NCBI GenBank assembly: GCA_949372645.1
Contig: CASIAP010000013.1
Span: forward strand, 3,766-67,765
Direction of reading: 5' to 3'
DNA: 64,000 bases
From: Candidatus Poseidoniaceae archaeon
GTDB lineage: Archaea > Thermoplasmatota > Poseidoniia > Poseidoniales > Poseidoniaceae
This document shows positions 26,838-36,897 of this stretch, piece after piece (position 1 is the first letter of the stretch; each line of letters starts with the position of its first letter). The notes beneath the pieces were generated by a model. The model worked only from the letters and a program-made list of their open reading frames with translations, was not told the origin of the DNA and did no database searches. A program made the position numbers and the translations under genes.

Positions 26838-29702
26838 ATGGAGAAGAGGGGCGCAGGCAATAATCTCCTCGAACGCCTCTCCTCTGCTCGCAATCAAGCG
26901 AGCGAATTAACGATGCGTCGTGTCGACAGAGTCTACAGCAGCATCCTTGCCTCACCAGCGACCGTGGTCATACTTCTGGTAATCGTTGCAGCGTTTTTCG
27001 CTCAACAGGGACTGACGTTTCAGGAACAAATCGATGATGACGTAGAAATATTCCTCCCAGATGGCGCGCCATCAACCGAATTATTGAAAGAGGTTCGAAC
27101 TGAATGGTCAACAGATATCGCCATCATCTATGTTCAAACACCCAATGCTTTCGACACATCAAATACCGTGAATATTACTGATGAGGCATATTTGCGTGGA
27201 ATAAGTTGGGTCGAAGGAGATGATGATAACGCCAATGGAGCCGGCTTCACGGGTCGTGGAATTGATTACAGTAAAGATGACCATGGACGTGATGATGGGA
27301 TTCTGTGGATTATATCTCCTGCCCAAGTCATCAAGGAAATCAATTCAGCAGATGGTCGATTTAATAATTCGATGTGTGTAAATGGTATCAACACCCGCCT
27401 TCCACTGGATTTAGATTGCAGCCTCGTCTCTGGAGGTGGGGCATATGCGATTCCAAATCAAGAGACAATCGACAGAATCATTGAAGAATCTGAAGGTGGA
27501 TTTGATGCTTTGTTCAAAGATACCAACGATATGAATCTCGATGTTGACAGTGATGGTGATGGGAATACAACCAATGACATCGACGGAGATGGAATTTGGG
27601 ATACAACAGCCATTATCATCGGGATGCATCATGACCCAACTGAAGCCGAATTCCGTGACTTCAGCCATCTTCATGAACATTTCCAAAATGTCATCGATGA
27701 CCGCCCAAATGACAAAAACAATACTGAAATGACAGTAACAGGATTAACCAAAGTTCTCGAAGATATTTCAAATGCAATTTACGAAGACTTACTCAAAATC
27801 TTACCTTACTCCGTTCTCTTCACAATTCTCATTATCACCTTGCTCCATCGATCACTCAAAGTTGTGGTGATCACCGGAACTCCGATTGTTATGGCACTTG
27901 CAGTGACGTTTGGTTCATCAGTCCTTATGGATATTACATTGACGCCAATGATCGTAGCGACTTTCCCCATCCTCATAGGGTTAGGTGTTGACTATGCTTT
28001 GCATATGGTCAATCGGATTGAAGAGGTTCGTCGGAAAGAACTCGACAAAGCTCATGACGAAAATGAACGTCGTCGTCGTCAAGGAAAGGCACCGGAAGAA
28101 GTGCCTGATTTATGGGATCCGGACTTCTATCGTCAATGTGTTCTTGAAATGACTCGCTCTACAGGTGTTGCCGTATTCCTTTCGGCATTGACGACCATCG
28201 TTGGTTTCTCGGTGTTAATTGCTCCACAAATTGTCACGGTAGCACCAATTCGCTCGGTCGGTGTCACACTCTGTATTGGTATTCTCTCAACACTTGTATT
28301 CAGTATCATTCTGGTTCCGACCTTAGCTTGGATGCTCCGTTTCAACAAGCGAACAAACCCTTCACTTTGGAAGAATATCGGCACTTGGCCAGTTCGGGGG
28401 TTTGTGTTCATACTTGTTGGGGCAATGGTCGTCACCAGTTGGGGTGTGCTCAATTTAGATGAAATGAATGAACCGATTACGGGTTCATCCGAAGCCCCCG
28501 ACGGTATTGCTTCATTGAATACGCTCGCCAAATATTCGCGAGAATTTAGTGGAGGGCAAACGTCTCTGTTCATCTTTGATGCTGAAGAACGAACAGCTGA
28601 AGCTGTGGAAAACAAAACGGATAATATCCGTGACATTCCGGTACTGGATGCCATCGATGCTTTGGAATATAAAATCGACCAAGTCGATGAAACCAATACG
28701 ACCAGTATCATTACGTTCTTGAGAACAATACCTGTTACAATCACACTTGTCGATGGCGTCACCTTGTATGAAGGGAGTCTGTGGGACTTACTCCACGAAC
28801 CTTGCTGGGAGAGTAATGATCCAATCGAATGTAATGTTTGGCTCGGCCTTGAATTGACGGGTCCAGATGGCAGAGAGGGCCTTCGTAAAGATATGGTAAA
28901 TGTGGTATTCGATACGCTCTCTGACGAAGTTCGCTCGATGTTACTGAATGAACAAGGAACAAAGGCCATTGTCTATGTGACGCAGCCCTATATGAATCTC
29001 AATGTAGCGGGAGAATTACGTGACGAAATTGATTCATTGTTGCAAAATGAGCCTCCTGTTGACGATAAAACTCGTGCATCGTTATTGACTGGAGGTTTGC
29101 CAGTCTCGCTCGATATTAACGACGGAATCCATGATGCTCAAACTTTGACCACCATCATCACTTTACTGGTCTTGACTATCCTCTTATCTCTTGTATTCCG
29201 CTCACCTCGACTCGGAATCTATACTATGATCCCTGTCGCGGTGGTGATTCTATGGCAACCATTATTGATGAAGAGTGGCGATGTCAATGTCAACATATTT
29301 ACCGCTATGATTGGAACAATTGTCTTCGGAATCGGAGTCGATGATTCGATCCATGTTATGCATCGGATTCGTGAAGAAGGGGAGACGCCGACCGGCATTG
29401 CAAATGCAATAGAGGAAACGGGTCAAACTATTTTTGAGACGACAGCCACAACTGTCTGTGGAATTGCTGCTGGATTCATCGCAGCCTTCCCTGGATTGGA
29501 GAATTTCTTTATGATCATGTGTCTGTTAATCTTCTGTGCATTCATCACAAGTGCGTTCCTGCTTCCAGCAATTATCACAGCAGAACATACGATTATGGCA
29601 AAGATTCGGGGTGATGACTCATGGATTGACTATGGCGATGGAATTGCATTAGCATCTCCTCTCTCGATGAAGCCGCTTGAAGCGGTGCTCCTTGAAGATT
29701 AG
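26838..29702 (+). CDS. RND-superfamily / MMPL-type exporter (COG1033-like), paralog 2
   Basis: 954 aa with the same two-repeat topology. Signatures are GLGVDYALHMVNRIEE and GIGVDDSIHVMHRIREE. Confidence 0.85.
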   Translation: MEKRGAGNNLLERLSSARNQASELTMRRVDRVYSSILASPATVVILLVIVAAFFAQQGLTFQEQIDDDVEIFLPDGAPSTELLKEVRTEWSTDIAIIYVQTPNAFDTSNTVNITDEAYLRGISWVEGDDDNANGAGFTGRGIDYSKDDHGRDDGILWIISPAQVIKEINSADGRFNNSMCVNGINTRLPLDLDCSLVSGGGAYAIPNQETIDRIIEESEGGFDALFKDTNDMNLDVDSDGDGNTTNDIDGDGIWDTTAIIIGMHHDPTEAEFRDFSHLHEHFQNVIDDRPNDKNNTEMTVTGLTKVLEDISNAIYEDLLKILPYSVLFTILIITLLHRSLKVVVITGTPIVMALAVTFGSSVLMDITLTPMIVATFPILIGLGVDYALHMVNRIEEVRRKELDKAHDENERRRRQGKAPEEVPDLWDPDFYRQCVLEMTRSTGVAVFLSALTTIVGFSVLIAPQIVTVAPIRSVGVTLCIGILSTLVFSIILVPTLAWMLRFNKRTNPSLWKNIGTWPVRGFVFILVGAMVVTSWGVLNLDEMNEPITGSSEAPDGIASLNTLAKYSREFSGGQTSLFIFDAEERTAEAVENKTDNIRDIPVLDAIDALEYKIDQVDETNTTSIITFLRTIPVTITLVDGVTLYEGSLWDLLHEPCWESNDPIECNVWLGLELTGPDGREGLRKDMVNVVFDTLSDEVRSMLLNEQGTKAIVYVTQPYMNLNVAGELRDEIDSLLQNEPPVDDKTRASLLTGGLPVSLDINDGIHDAQTLTTIITLLVLTILLSLVFRSPRLGIYTMIPVAVVILWQPLLMKSGDVNVNIFTAMIGTIVFGIGVDDSIHVMHRIREEGETPTGIANAIEETGQTIFETTATTVCGIAAGFIAAFPGLENFFMIMCLLIFCAFITSAFLLPAIITAEHTIMAKIRGDDSWIDYGDGIALASPLSMKPLEAVLLED

Positions 29703-29710
29703 AGTTGAAA

Positions 29711-30017
29711 GTGGAGGGAGTAGGGAGTAAGCCCCTTTCTGTTACCTTTCGGTGACCGCATTCAACTTAGCATCCTACCTGCCCCTCGACGTGCCGCGTC
29801 AACAGGGCTGTTTGGACTTGCTCCTACGGGGTTGCTCGTCTCATCGACCACAAGGCAATCTCTGTTTTTCAACGTCATTGTACACACCTTGTATCGTTCG
29901 TTTCTGCAGCATTGACCTGACCATTTCTGTTCTCTTACTTGTGTAAGCCGTATGCACTATGGAGAGGGGACTTTCCTCAGAGTCGAACTCTGTCAGCGGC
30001 CCTCCTACTCCCTCCAT
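29711..30017 (-). ncRNA. rnpB: RNase P RNA (archaeal type-A-like)
   Basis: On the minus strand, 5' GGAGGGAGUAGGAG pairs with 3' CUCCCUACUCCCUCC (P1). A CAGAG-UUCGA-CUCUG hairpin is followed by the CR-I box GAGGAAAGUCC. The 3' region contains ACAGAAAGGGGCUUAC (CR-V-like). Length is about 305 nt. The ends are approximate. Confidence 0.85.
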
Positions 30018-30063
30018 GCTGCGGTTAACATCACCGCTTCAAAGCCTTCGGATAACGAAATAC

Positions 30064-33000
30064 TCACTTGTAGGGGTTTTCACCTGGTGAAGCAGCTTGC
30101 TCTGGCTCACCATAAGGCCCTGTTACCGGTTGAGAAGATTGCTTTGCGCGTGTTGTTGGAATCGATGGCAATGCCTTTGACGGATACGCTAGATTTGAAC
30201 CGCGTTGACTGGGTTGTGGGGATTTAAGTCCGAATATGAGCAAGCCAACTAACGATACAGTCAGTAAAAATATCACCACTAACAGGACTGGATTAACTGA
30301 AGATATACTACCGAAAATGCCTTCAGAACGCTGTTCATCAACATAGACTGTTTCAGATTCTGCGAGAGGTCCGTTGATAATTTGATATTCGATCCACATC
30401 GTTCCTGCTCTATCAGGAATCCAATCTTTCGAGTAGACATAGGTTCCTCCTGATTCGATTTGAATACCTCGAGCATCGATTCGAGTACGAGCACCGTTGC
30501 CCTCAACTAACTCCACAAACATCTGTGCATCACCATCGGCCAGGCCTGAATTACTGATCACTACACTCAGGCTGACTGTATCACCAGCAGCAATATTATC
30601 ACCGGGTTTCATTTCAGGAGTGCTGAATGAATATTCTGCAATTCGTTGTTCTAGAACCCAAACCATCAGCGGAGCATCAATATCGTTGAACACTGGATCC
30701 ATTTCATGTCCAGCCATATCTTCTCCAGTCACCCAAACTCGAAGTTCAAGTGCGTCATTGCGCATTGAAGAGGTCAATAACTCATCCAAATCCAAAACCG
30801 CACCACATGGAATCTTGCCACCAAATGCTCGACCGCCAATAATGGAAAGTGGTAAACTACCATTGATCACTGATTGACTGGTTAGCCCGATTCCTTCCGG
30901 GTGAACTGACCAGTGAATGAGTAATGTGTCTTCCTTCAGTCGATCTTCTTCCCGAATTAGAACTTCAAGGTCAAGAGAAGACCAAGTTGATTCCGAAAGA
31001 ACGATTGAAAACAGAGGAGAAGGGACACCAACGATTTTTGGAACTTGATCATCGACAATGAACCAAGCAGCAGCAGAGGTAGGGCTACGGTCAATCGCTC
31101 CGTTAGGAGGGGAATTTAACGACGTCTGGATTCCATAAGACCCCGATGCCAAAGGAGCGGTCAGAATACTCGAGAAACTGCCGTTTAATGATTCAGCTAA
31201 GGCTTCATTATTGCCAAGTGATATGATGAGGTCAAGAGGTTGCATAACGGAACGTGAAGAACGATACCATGTGAGTTCACCGGCAACCTCAATCTCTGCA
31301 CGAGGTTGAACCCATGCCCCGAGAGTATCAACAACTTCTCCTTCAATCGAATAGGAGAGAGTTTGTGGATCAACTTGCAGTTCACCTGAAAAACTCCAAC
31401 TCAATTCAGGGACAGACAGTGTATTCGATTGCCCACGGAAATCTTGAATGAAGACCGTTGGAATTCGTGTAAGACTCACATCAGGGTCAAAGCCCCATTC
31501 AAGAGTAAAATTCACTTCAAATGTGCCTTCTGAAGAAAAAAGCTGGTTGTTCTGTGAAGGAAGAAGCACACATGACTCAATGTCCACGAAAATATTGACG
31601 CTGGAACATTGCTCAGTCGTTGCATCCCATTGAATCAATACAGGTTCGTTTTGATTCCCTGCGAGGTTCAATTCAAGAGAGGAGATATCCGTGATGCCAT
31701 TTAAGTCCCATAAAGGTAGATGCAAGCGATTGGATTCACCCGGGTGAATCCAAAGAGAATCTTCATTATTCCAGCTCCCAGGTACTGAACCAAGTTGCGG
31801 CGGACCATCGGAATTGATTTGCACATTGAACAACGGCTCATCGAATGTTCCAGAATCGCTCATCATATTTCCTGCAGGGTCTGCAACTTCAAGCCAACCT
31901 CTAAAGAATGAACCACTGTAAACACTGGAACTATCGAACTCAATTGAATATCGACCTTGGATTAGATTCAAGTTTTCAGGAGTGTGCATAGGTTGTGTCG
32001 TGACTTCTCCACTCTGCATGGTGCCGTCGAGATTGTCATCATCAATCCACGAACGCCAGAGATGCACTTTGGCATGTGAAGGTAGAGTTGGACGGTCGGC
32101 TACAATAAAATCAATACTCATCGTTGGTTTTGCATCGACATGATCGAACTCTGAAACGCTCATGTCTAACAGTTCAGGGGCAACAGTGTCGAATTCAAAG
32201 ACTGCACTTTGTGGAACATCATAGATAATTTTTTGACCGTTCAATGGTGTAACATCAATTTCTAACGTGACACTCTCTTGGCCAACTGGGACGGTCCAAG
32301 GGAAGCTAACTAAACCATTGGTAATGATGGATGAAGAAATTACTTCACTTCCATCAACAAGGAAACGAACAAGAGTCGAACCTGAGCGAGGAGATGAACT
32401 GGAGAGAACATTCTCAAATCCAAGTTCAACTTCGACCATGACGGTCTCACCGGGATGAAGATAAGGTGATGAAAAGATTGATTGAACGAGGTTGGGGTTG
32501 ACAACGGCCCAATTTTTAACCGCCACATCATTTTCAACACCATGAGAAGATCCGAGTCCAAAACTCATACTGACTGGGAGCATTGGCCCCGAAGGAGCAA
32601 TGAGGTTCACTGACACTGCAAGTGATTCTTCATCATCCCATTGTTCAGTGAATTTAAAACGATGGTCAACTTGCAAAAATGAACCACTTCCAAGCATTCG
32701 TATTTCTCCATCAGCTCCATTCAAAGACCAGATCATTGGGGTGACTTGATTGAGGCAACCATTGATGGAGGAACCTGTGAGAGGGAGTGACAGCATTTGA
32801 CACCGGGTATGTGATTCAGTGGTTTGACCGATAAGATGTAATTCCACAGACCAACTGTTGTCTTTGACATATGTTTCTGCATCAGTAACGCCTAAATTCG
32901 TGAAATCAAAGATGCTCGATACTTCAATCCAATCGGTAGAAGGAGTGAACGTATCGGTAACATTTGAGACACTGATTGAAACTGGTTCAACCGAACTTTG

Positions 33001-35127
33001 CGTCGTTTGCTGAACAACAGTCATTCGAATGGCACCAGAAGAAGTCATGCGAATCGGCACCGATAGTTCCTTTGTTTCACCTACAGGTGTCACAGATTGC
33101 AAAGCATCATTCAGTGCAATAACCACCGCATCTGTTGAGGTGAATTGTAAAGAAAACGATGCATCATACGGGGCAAAGATTGCTCCAAGTAATACCTCAG
33201 TAGCTGTGGAAGAGGACCCAAGGCGAAGTGTTACATCGACCATTGGAAGGCCTTCTGCACCCCCTAAGACGGATGCTTGAGATAAGGCATTATTCATCGA
33301 CAAGAGGTCGCTCGAAGAAAGTTGAATCACTTGGAGGTCTTGGAGAGTCGATAACGAAGAGGACATGAAATCTTGTCCGTTAATCGACATGGTCATGAAA
33401 GGTGAAATCATTGGTTGGAGAGGTGATGCAACTCCGAACTCAAACGCATCCACACCCGCTGCTGGAAGTAGGAAAGTGAAAGTAGCTGCATTTGAAGTCG
33501 ATGAAGGTTGAGATTGCCATATTGAACCGTCTTTCAACCGGTCTTGAATACCTAATCGTCCAATGCCATCGCCTTCAAGGGACCAATCACTGATGCCATC
33601 CATGCCAATATCGATACGCAACCCTTCAGGCACACTGGTTCGAATCATTTCCACATCAAAGGTATCAAGCGTCCAACTCCCCCCAGTCGATTTGGCACGG
33701 AATTGAACAGTGAAGTGCGGAGAAGTAAGCCATTGAGTCCCATCGTTGAGCGTGACCCATGTTGCCCCTTGGTCCAGAGAATATTCCATTACTCCATTTC
33801 CGGTCAAGGAGCAATTCGAAATGAAGCCAGCAAATCCTGAACGGACATTAAATGGAGTTGTTAACAAAGTCCCTGCCCCCGAAATCTGTCCTGTTGACCA
33901 GCCCACATTTTGTAATTGCCAACCCATTCCAGTTGGGTTTTCTTCGAAGTCTTCAATGACTTTCCCTTCAAAATGGATTCCATGAACGGCAGGAACCCCA
34001 CCGGACTGGCTCTTCATGTGAATACTAAGACGTACGCTTGGATAGGTTTCCCAATCGATCATCCCAAGGTCGACAGACTTCGATATTGAGTGTTCAAAGC
34101 CAGGAACTGGCTGACTTGTCGATGCATCGAGTAGTCGCCATTCAAGTATTTCACCAGAAGGAACTTCTGCATCGAGATGAAGATACCCAAATGTCCTCAT
34201 TTCTCCTTGACCAAGCGTGGCTGGGCTAAAAGGTGCTGAGGTCCAATTCCCTTCACCAGAAGAGACACCCGACCCACTAGGCATGACGGATACATCATCG
34301 ATATTCCAACCGTCATAATTTACTGAACTGTCGGTTGTTCCAATGCCAAAACGAACCTGGAACGACGGGTTGTTGGCGACATAGTTCGTGATGCTAATGG
34401 TTTGTTGAGAGAAACTTGAATCTTGGGTATAGCCTGAAGAATACACGGTCGCCCATTGACCATTTGTTCCTTTGACACCAACGTAGGCATGATCCCAAGT
34501 AGCGCTTTCAATACTGAGGCGTTTCATGAAATTTAATTCCCATGCACCGGAGCATGAGGAGCAGTTCATTGCCGGAGAGGTCGCCCAAATAGTTGAACTC
34601 ATTCCGTTTGGATAATTCCCATTATAGGTGTAAATGGCTTTAGTGCCACTGCTCACTCCATTTGTTTGGCCGAGGTTACTGTCAAAGCCCCAGAGCCAAG
34701 AAGGAGAACCAAGCGTCCAACCGTGATTGCTGCTTTCAAAGTCCCATTCCCATCCTTGTGGTAAAATAGTAAGTGATGAACCGTTAACATCAACACCATC
34801 ATAGACGGTATTTCTCGAAAAGTCGAGTGATTCGGTAAGTGAGTATCCAGTTGAGGATGGAAGTCGTGCCGATTCAATATTGAGGTCGAGAGATTGAATG
34901 GCCTGCCCATCAGGCACTCCAAGGCGCGTTTTGGTATTCGCTCCGTCAGGAAAAGAACCAATCGAAAGTAATTGTGATTGACCGATCGAAGTTGGAGTTT
35001 CGAATGAGGTATCAGAATCAAAAAGGGTCTCTTCCGGAACAGCAGTGTATCCCTGCAAAAGTGTGGAAAGGAGGAACAACGTCACTACAGCAAAGCAACG
35101 AAGTGGCATGGCTCGCACTGACCCCAT
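30064..35127 (-). CDS. Giant (1687 aa) secreted surface protein with a CARDB-like C-terminal domain, TM helix and Pro-rich tail
   Basis: Signal MPLRCFAVVTLFLLSTLLQGYTA. A long beta-rich region has many N-x-S/T sequons. The CARDB-like block is GDNIAAGDTVSLSVVISNSGLADGDAQMFVEL. The TM helix is VLLVVIFLLTVSLVGLLIFGL, followed by a tail of about 53 aa. Confidence 0.8.
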   Translation of the reverse strand: MGSVRAMPLRCFAVVTLFLLSTLLQGYTAVPEETLFDSDTSFETPTSIGQSQLLSIGSFPDGANTKTRLGVPDGQAIQSLDLNIESARLPSSTGYSLTESLDFSRNTVYDGVDVNGSSLTILPQGWEWDFESSNHGWTLGSPSWLWGFDSNLGQTNGVSSGTKAIYTYNGNYPNGMSSTIWATSPAMNCSSCSGAWELNFMKRLSIESATWDHAYVGVKGTNGQWATVYSSGYTQDSSFSQQTISITNYVANNPSFQVRFGIGTTDSSVNYDGWNIDDVSVMPSGSGVSSGEGNWTSAPFSPATLGQGEMRTFGYLHLDAEVPSGEILEWRLLDASTSQPVPGFEHSISKSVDLGMIDWETYPSVRLSIHMKSQSGGVPAVHGIHFEGKVIEDFEENPTGMGWQLQNVGWSTGQISGAGTLLTTPFNVRSGFAGFISNCSLTGNGVMEYSLDQGATWVTLNDGTQWLTSPHFTVQFRAKSTGGSWTLDTFDVEMIRTSVPEGLRIDIGMDGISDWSLEGDGIGRLGIQDRLKDGSIWQSQPSSTSNAATFTFLLPAAGVDAFEFGVASPLQPMISPFMTMSINGQDFMSSSLSTLQDLQVIQLSSSDLLSMNNALSQASVLGGAEGLPMVDVTLRLGSSSTATEVLLGAIFAPYDASFSLQFTSTDAVVIALNDALQSVTPVGETKELSVPIRMTSSGAIRMTVVQQTTQSSVEPVSISVSNVTDTFTPSTDWIEVSSIFDFTNLGVTDAETYVKDNSWSVELHLIGQTTESHTRCQMLSLPLTGSSINGCLNQVTPMIWSLNGADGEIRMLGSGSFLQVDHRFKFTEQWDDEESLAVSVNLIAPSGPMLPVSMSFGLGSSHGVENDVAVKNWAVVNPNLVQSIFSSPYLHPGETVMVEVELGFENVLSSSSPRSGSTLVRFLVDGSEVISSSIITNGLVSFPWTVPVGQESVTLEIDVTPLNGQKIIYDVPQSAVFEFDTVAPELLDMSVSEFDHVDAKPTMSIDFIVADRPTLPSHAKVHLWRSWIDDDNLDGTMQSGEVTTQPMHTPENLNLIQGRYSIEFDSSSVYSGSFFRGWLEVADPAGNMMSDSGTFDEPLFNVQINSDGPPQLGSVPGSWNNEDSLWIHPGESNRLHLPLWDLNGITDISSLELNLAGNQNEPVLIQWDATTEQCSSVNIFVDIESCVLLPSQNNQLFSSEGTFEVNFTLEWGFDPDVSLTRIPTVFIQDFRGQSNTLSVPELSWSFSGELQVDPQTLSYSIEGEVVDTLGAWVQPRAEIEVAGELTWYRSSRSVMQPLDLIISLGNNEALAESLNGSFSSILTAPLASGSYGIQTSLNSPPNGAIDRSPTSAAAWFIVDDQVPKIVGVPSPLFSIVLSESTWSSLDLEVLIREEDRLKEDTLLIHWSVHPEGIGLTSQSVINGSLPLSIIGGRAFGGKIPCGAVLDLDELLTSSMRNDALELRVWVTGEDMAGHEMDPVFNDIDAPLMVWVLEQRIAEYSFSTPEMKPGDNIAAGDTVSLSVVISNSGLADGDAQMFVELVEGNGARTRIDARGIQIESGGTYVYSKDWIPDRAGTMWIEYQIINGPLAESETVYVDEQRSEGIFGSISSVNPVLLVVIFLLTVSLVGLLIFGLKSPQPSQRGSNLAYPSKALPSIPTTRAKQSSQPVTGPYGEPEQAASPGENPYK

Positions 35128-35253
35128 AGTTTACCCTACGCCCCCTCGTAGGTCAAAAGTCTTCGGCCAAGTTATTCTCATCCCGTAGGGATGGAAAGAA
35201 GTCATGAAACTCTTGGGACAATGCTCAAGGGCTTTGGACATCGAACATACAAC

Positions 35254-35958
35254 ATGACCGATGTTGAGACGTTGAAAAGGGATGCTGGGATTGCTGCTTG
35301 TGCTTACATAAGTAGCGGAATGAAGGTTGGTTTAGGAACGGGCTCAACGGTCAAACATACGGTCGTAGAATTAGGTCGTATGATTGCTGAAGAAGGATTA
35401 GAAATCGTTGGAGTTCCAACCTCGCTGGCGACTGAAAAGCTCGCTCTTGAAGTCGGTATACCCTTGGTCAAACTCTCAGACATTGATGGGTTAGATGTTG
35501 TCATCGATGGAGCGGATGAATACGACCCTCAGTTCCAACTCATCAAAGGCGGCGGCGCTGCACTCTTGCGGGAAAAAATAGTAGCGCAAGAATCAAGTGG
35601 AATGGTTGTTGTTGCTGATGACAGAAAGCGGGTCGAAAAACTCGGTGCGTTCCCTCTACCAATTGAAGTTACACCATTCGCTCACCAGGCAACTATTCGT
35701 GTTCTTGGACGTGTTCTTAATTGCCGTGTTAATTGCCGAATGTCCGGTGATAATCCGGTTATTACCGATAACGGTAACATGATTGCTGATGCGCATTGCG
35801 GTCCTACCATTCAAGACCCTGTGGCAATGGAGAAGGAGATACTGAACATTGCTGGAGTCGTACAAGTTGGTTTATTCAACAATATGTGCGATGTTGTGGT
35901 ACTCGCTGGAGCAAACGGTGTTGAAACATTTGTTAATCCAAATGGGCGTCTGAAGTGA
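35254..35958 (+). CDS. rpiA: Ribose-5-phosphate isomerase A
   Basis: MTDVETLKRDAG...VGLGTGSTV, VPTS, DGADE and KGGGAALLREKIV are classic RpiA motifs. The longest ORF opens at 35191. Confidence 0.9.
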   Translation: MTDVETLKRDAGIAACAYISSGMKVGLGTGSTVKHTVVELGRMIAEEGLEIVGVPTSLATEKLALEVGIPLVKLSDIDGLDVVIDGADEYDPQFQLIKGGGAALLREKIVAQESSGMVVVADDRKRVEKLGAFPLPIEVTPFAHQATIRVLGRVLNCRVNCRMSGDNPVITDNGNMIADAHCGPTIQDPVAMEKEILNIAGVVQVGLFNNMCDVVVLAGANGVETFVNPNGRLK

Positions 35959-35976
35959 AGTTCAATCTCTCAATTG

Positions 35977-35983
35977 TTAAATA
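35977..35983 (+). promoter_or_regulatory. Candidate TATA box for tRNA-Lys
   Basis: TTAAATA is centred about 26 nt upstream of the tRNA 5' end at 36006. Confidence 0.35.
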
Positions 35984-36005
35984 CGGGTGGTTAAGACCGT
36001 TGGAT

Positions 36006-36079
36006 GGGCCTGTAGCTTAGTCAGGTAGAGCGATGGACTCTTAATCCATCGGTCGCGGGTTCGAACCCCGTCAGGCCCG
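36006..36079 (+). tRNA. tRNA-Lys (anticodon CUU)
   Basis: Hand fold. Acceptor GGGCCTG/CAGGCCC, D arm GCTT-AGTCAGGTA-GAGC, anticodon arm ATGGA-CTCTTAA-TCCAT, T arm GCGGG-TTCGAAC-CCCGT. CCA is not encoded. Confidence 0.92.
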
Positions 36080-36083
36080 CTAC

Positions 36084-36389
36084 TCAATCATCGTGTTCTT
36101 CTCTTGGAACACAAACACCGAGAATCGCATCCAGAGGGATGCTTCCAAAATTATGAGAATCTTCGGTTGCTGTTGGATCTGGATTGTCCCCAACTAAGAA
36201 AACCATGCCATCATCAATCGATTGAATCCTCTTTACGATTTGTAGTTTCGAATGAAAGGGGTGGTTCGCAAGAACAAGATCTCCAAGAGTTGGTTGCATT
36301 GAATCATCTGAATGCAAATCAAACTCTGTGCCGTCAGGATGCGTAGGCCACATGCTATCGCCCGAAATTCGAACTCGGACTGTTGTCAT
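36084..36389 (-). CDS. sodX: S26-family Ni-SOD maturation peptidase (SodX-like)
   Basis: 101 aa. Ser box ISGDSMWPT, Lys box IVKRI and GDNPD...DSHNFG are present. It lies immediately downstream of sodN. Confidence 0.8.
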   Translation of the reverse strand: MTTVRVRISGDSMWPTHPDGTEFDLHSDDSMQPTLGDLVLANHPFHSKLQIVKRIQSIDDGMVFLVGDNPDPTATEDSHNFGSIPLDAILGVCVPREEHDD

Positions 36390-36398
36390 GTTTGAACC

Positions 36399-36875
36399 TC
36401 AACTGGCTCGGATCCAAGGAACTTCACGGCCCTTGATGGACCAGAACATGTTGTGAATCGCTTCGATTGCGTCCATGAGCTCTTGAGCGTGTTGAGCTGA
36501 AACTTCGACTTTACAAGCACTGCACAGCTTAGCAGCAGCCCAGAAAGTATCATGCAGTTCAGGGTGTGCATCGAGGTGCATTGGCTTGAAGAAATCAGTC
36601 CAAAGAATCAATAATTCTTTCTTGCACTTTTGTGCTTCTTCTTCCTTGATAGCCGCATAACGGCTCATAGTATTCATGTAGGATGCCATCGATTGGGAAC
36701 TGAAGACTTGAGGGTATTCGAGAGCGAGCATTTTCTTGGTCATCGATTGAACAGCTTCACCTGCAACACGGGCGCTTGCTGGGTCATAGACTCCACAAGG
36801 TCCATCGCAGTGGGCTGAGGCTTCAATCAGTGTATATGGTGTGTCTTCCATACCATGGGGATTGAGAACAAGCAT
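36399..36875 (-). CDS. sodN: Nickel superoxide dismutase precursor
   Basis: The Ni-hook HCDGPCGVYDP follows a short pro-peptide ending ...IEASA. A four-helix-bundle-length body follows. An alternative ATG at 36851 would give a 13-aa leader. Confidence 0.9.
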   Translation of the reverse strand: MLVLNPHGMEDTPYTLIEASAHCDGPCGVYDPASARVAGEAVQSMTKKMLALEYPQVFSSQSMASYMNTMSRYAAIKEEEAQKCKKELLILWTDFFKPMHLDAHPELHDTFWAAAKLCSACKVEVSAQHAQELMDAIEAIHNMFWSIKGREVPWIRAS

Positions 36876-36897
36876 ATCAACATGTGCTTGCCAAACT

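Noticed and set aside
28133-28969. 278-aa minus-strand ORF inside the MMPL exporter gene
   Set aside because: It is an antisense shadow ORF. It is Ser/Thr/Pro-rich with no motifs, whereas the plus-strand frame has clear RND/MMPL signatures.
29752-30227. Two plus-strand ORFs (64 aa and 91 aa) in the gap between the exporter and the giant protein
   Set aside because: They lie over the RNase P RNA and the 3' end of the 1687-aa gene. Their composition is poor. The region is fully explained by rnpB on the minus strand.
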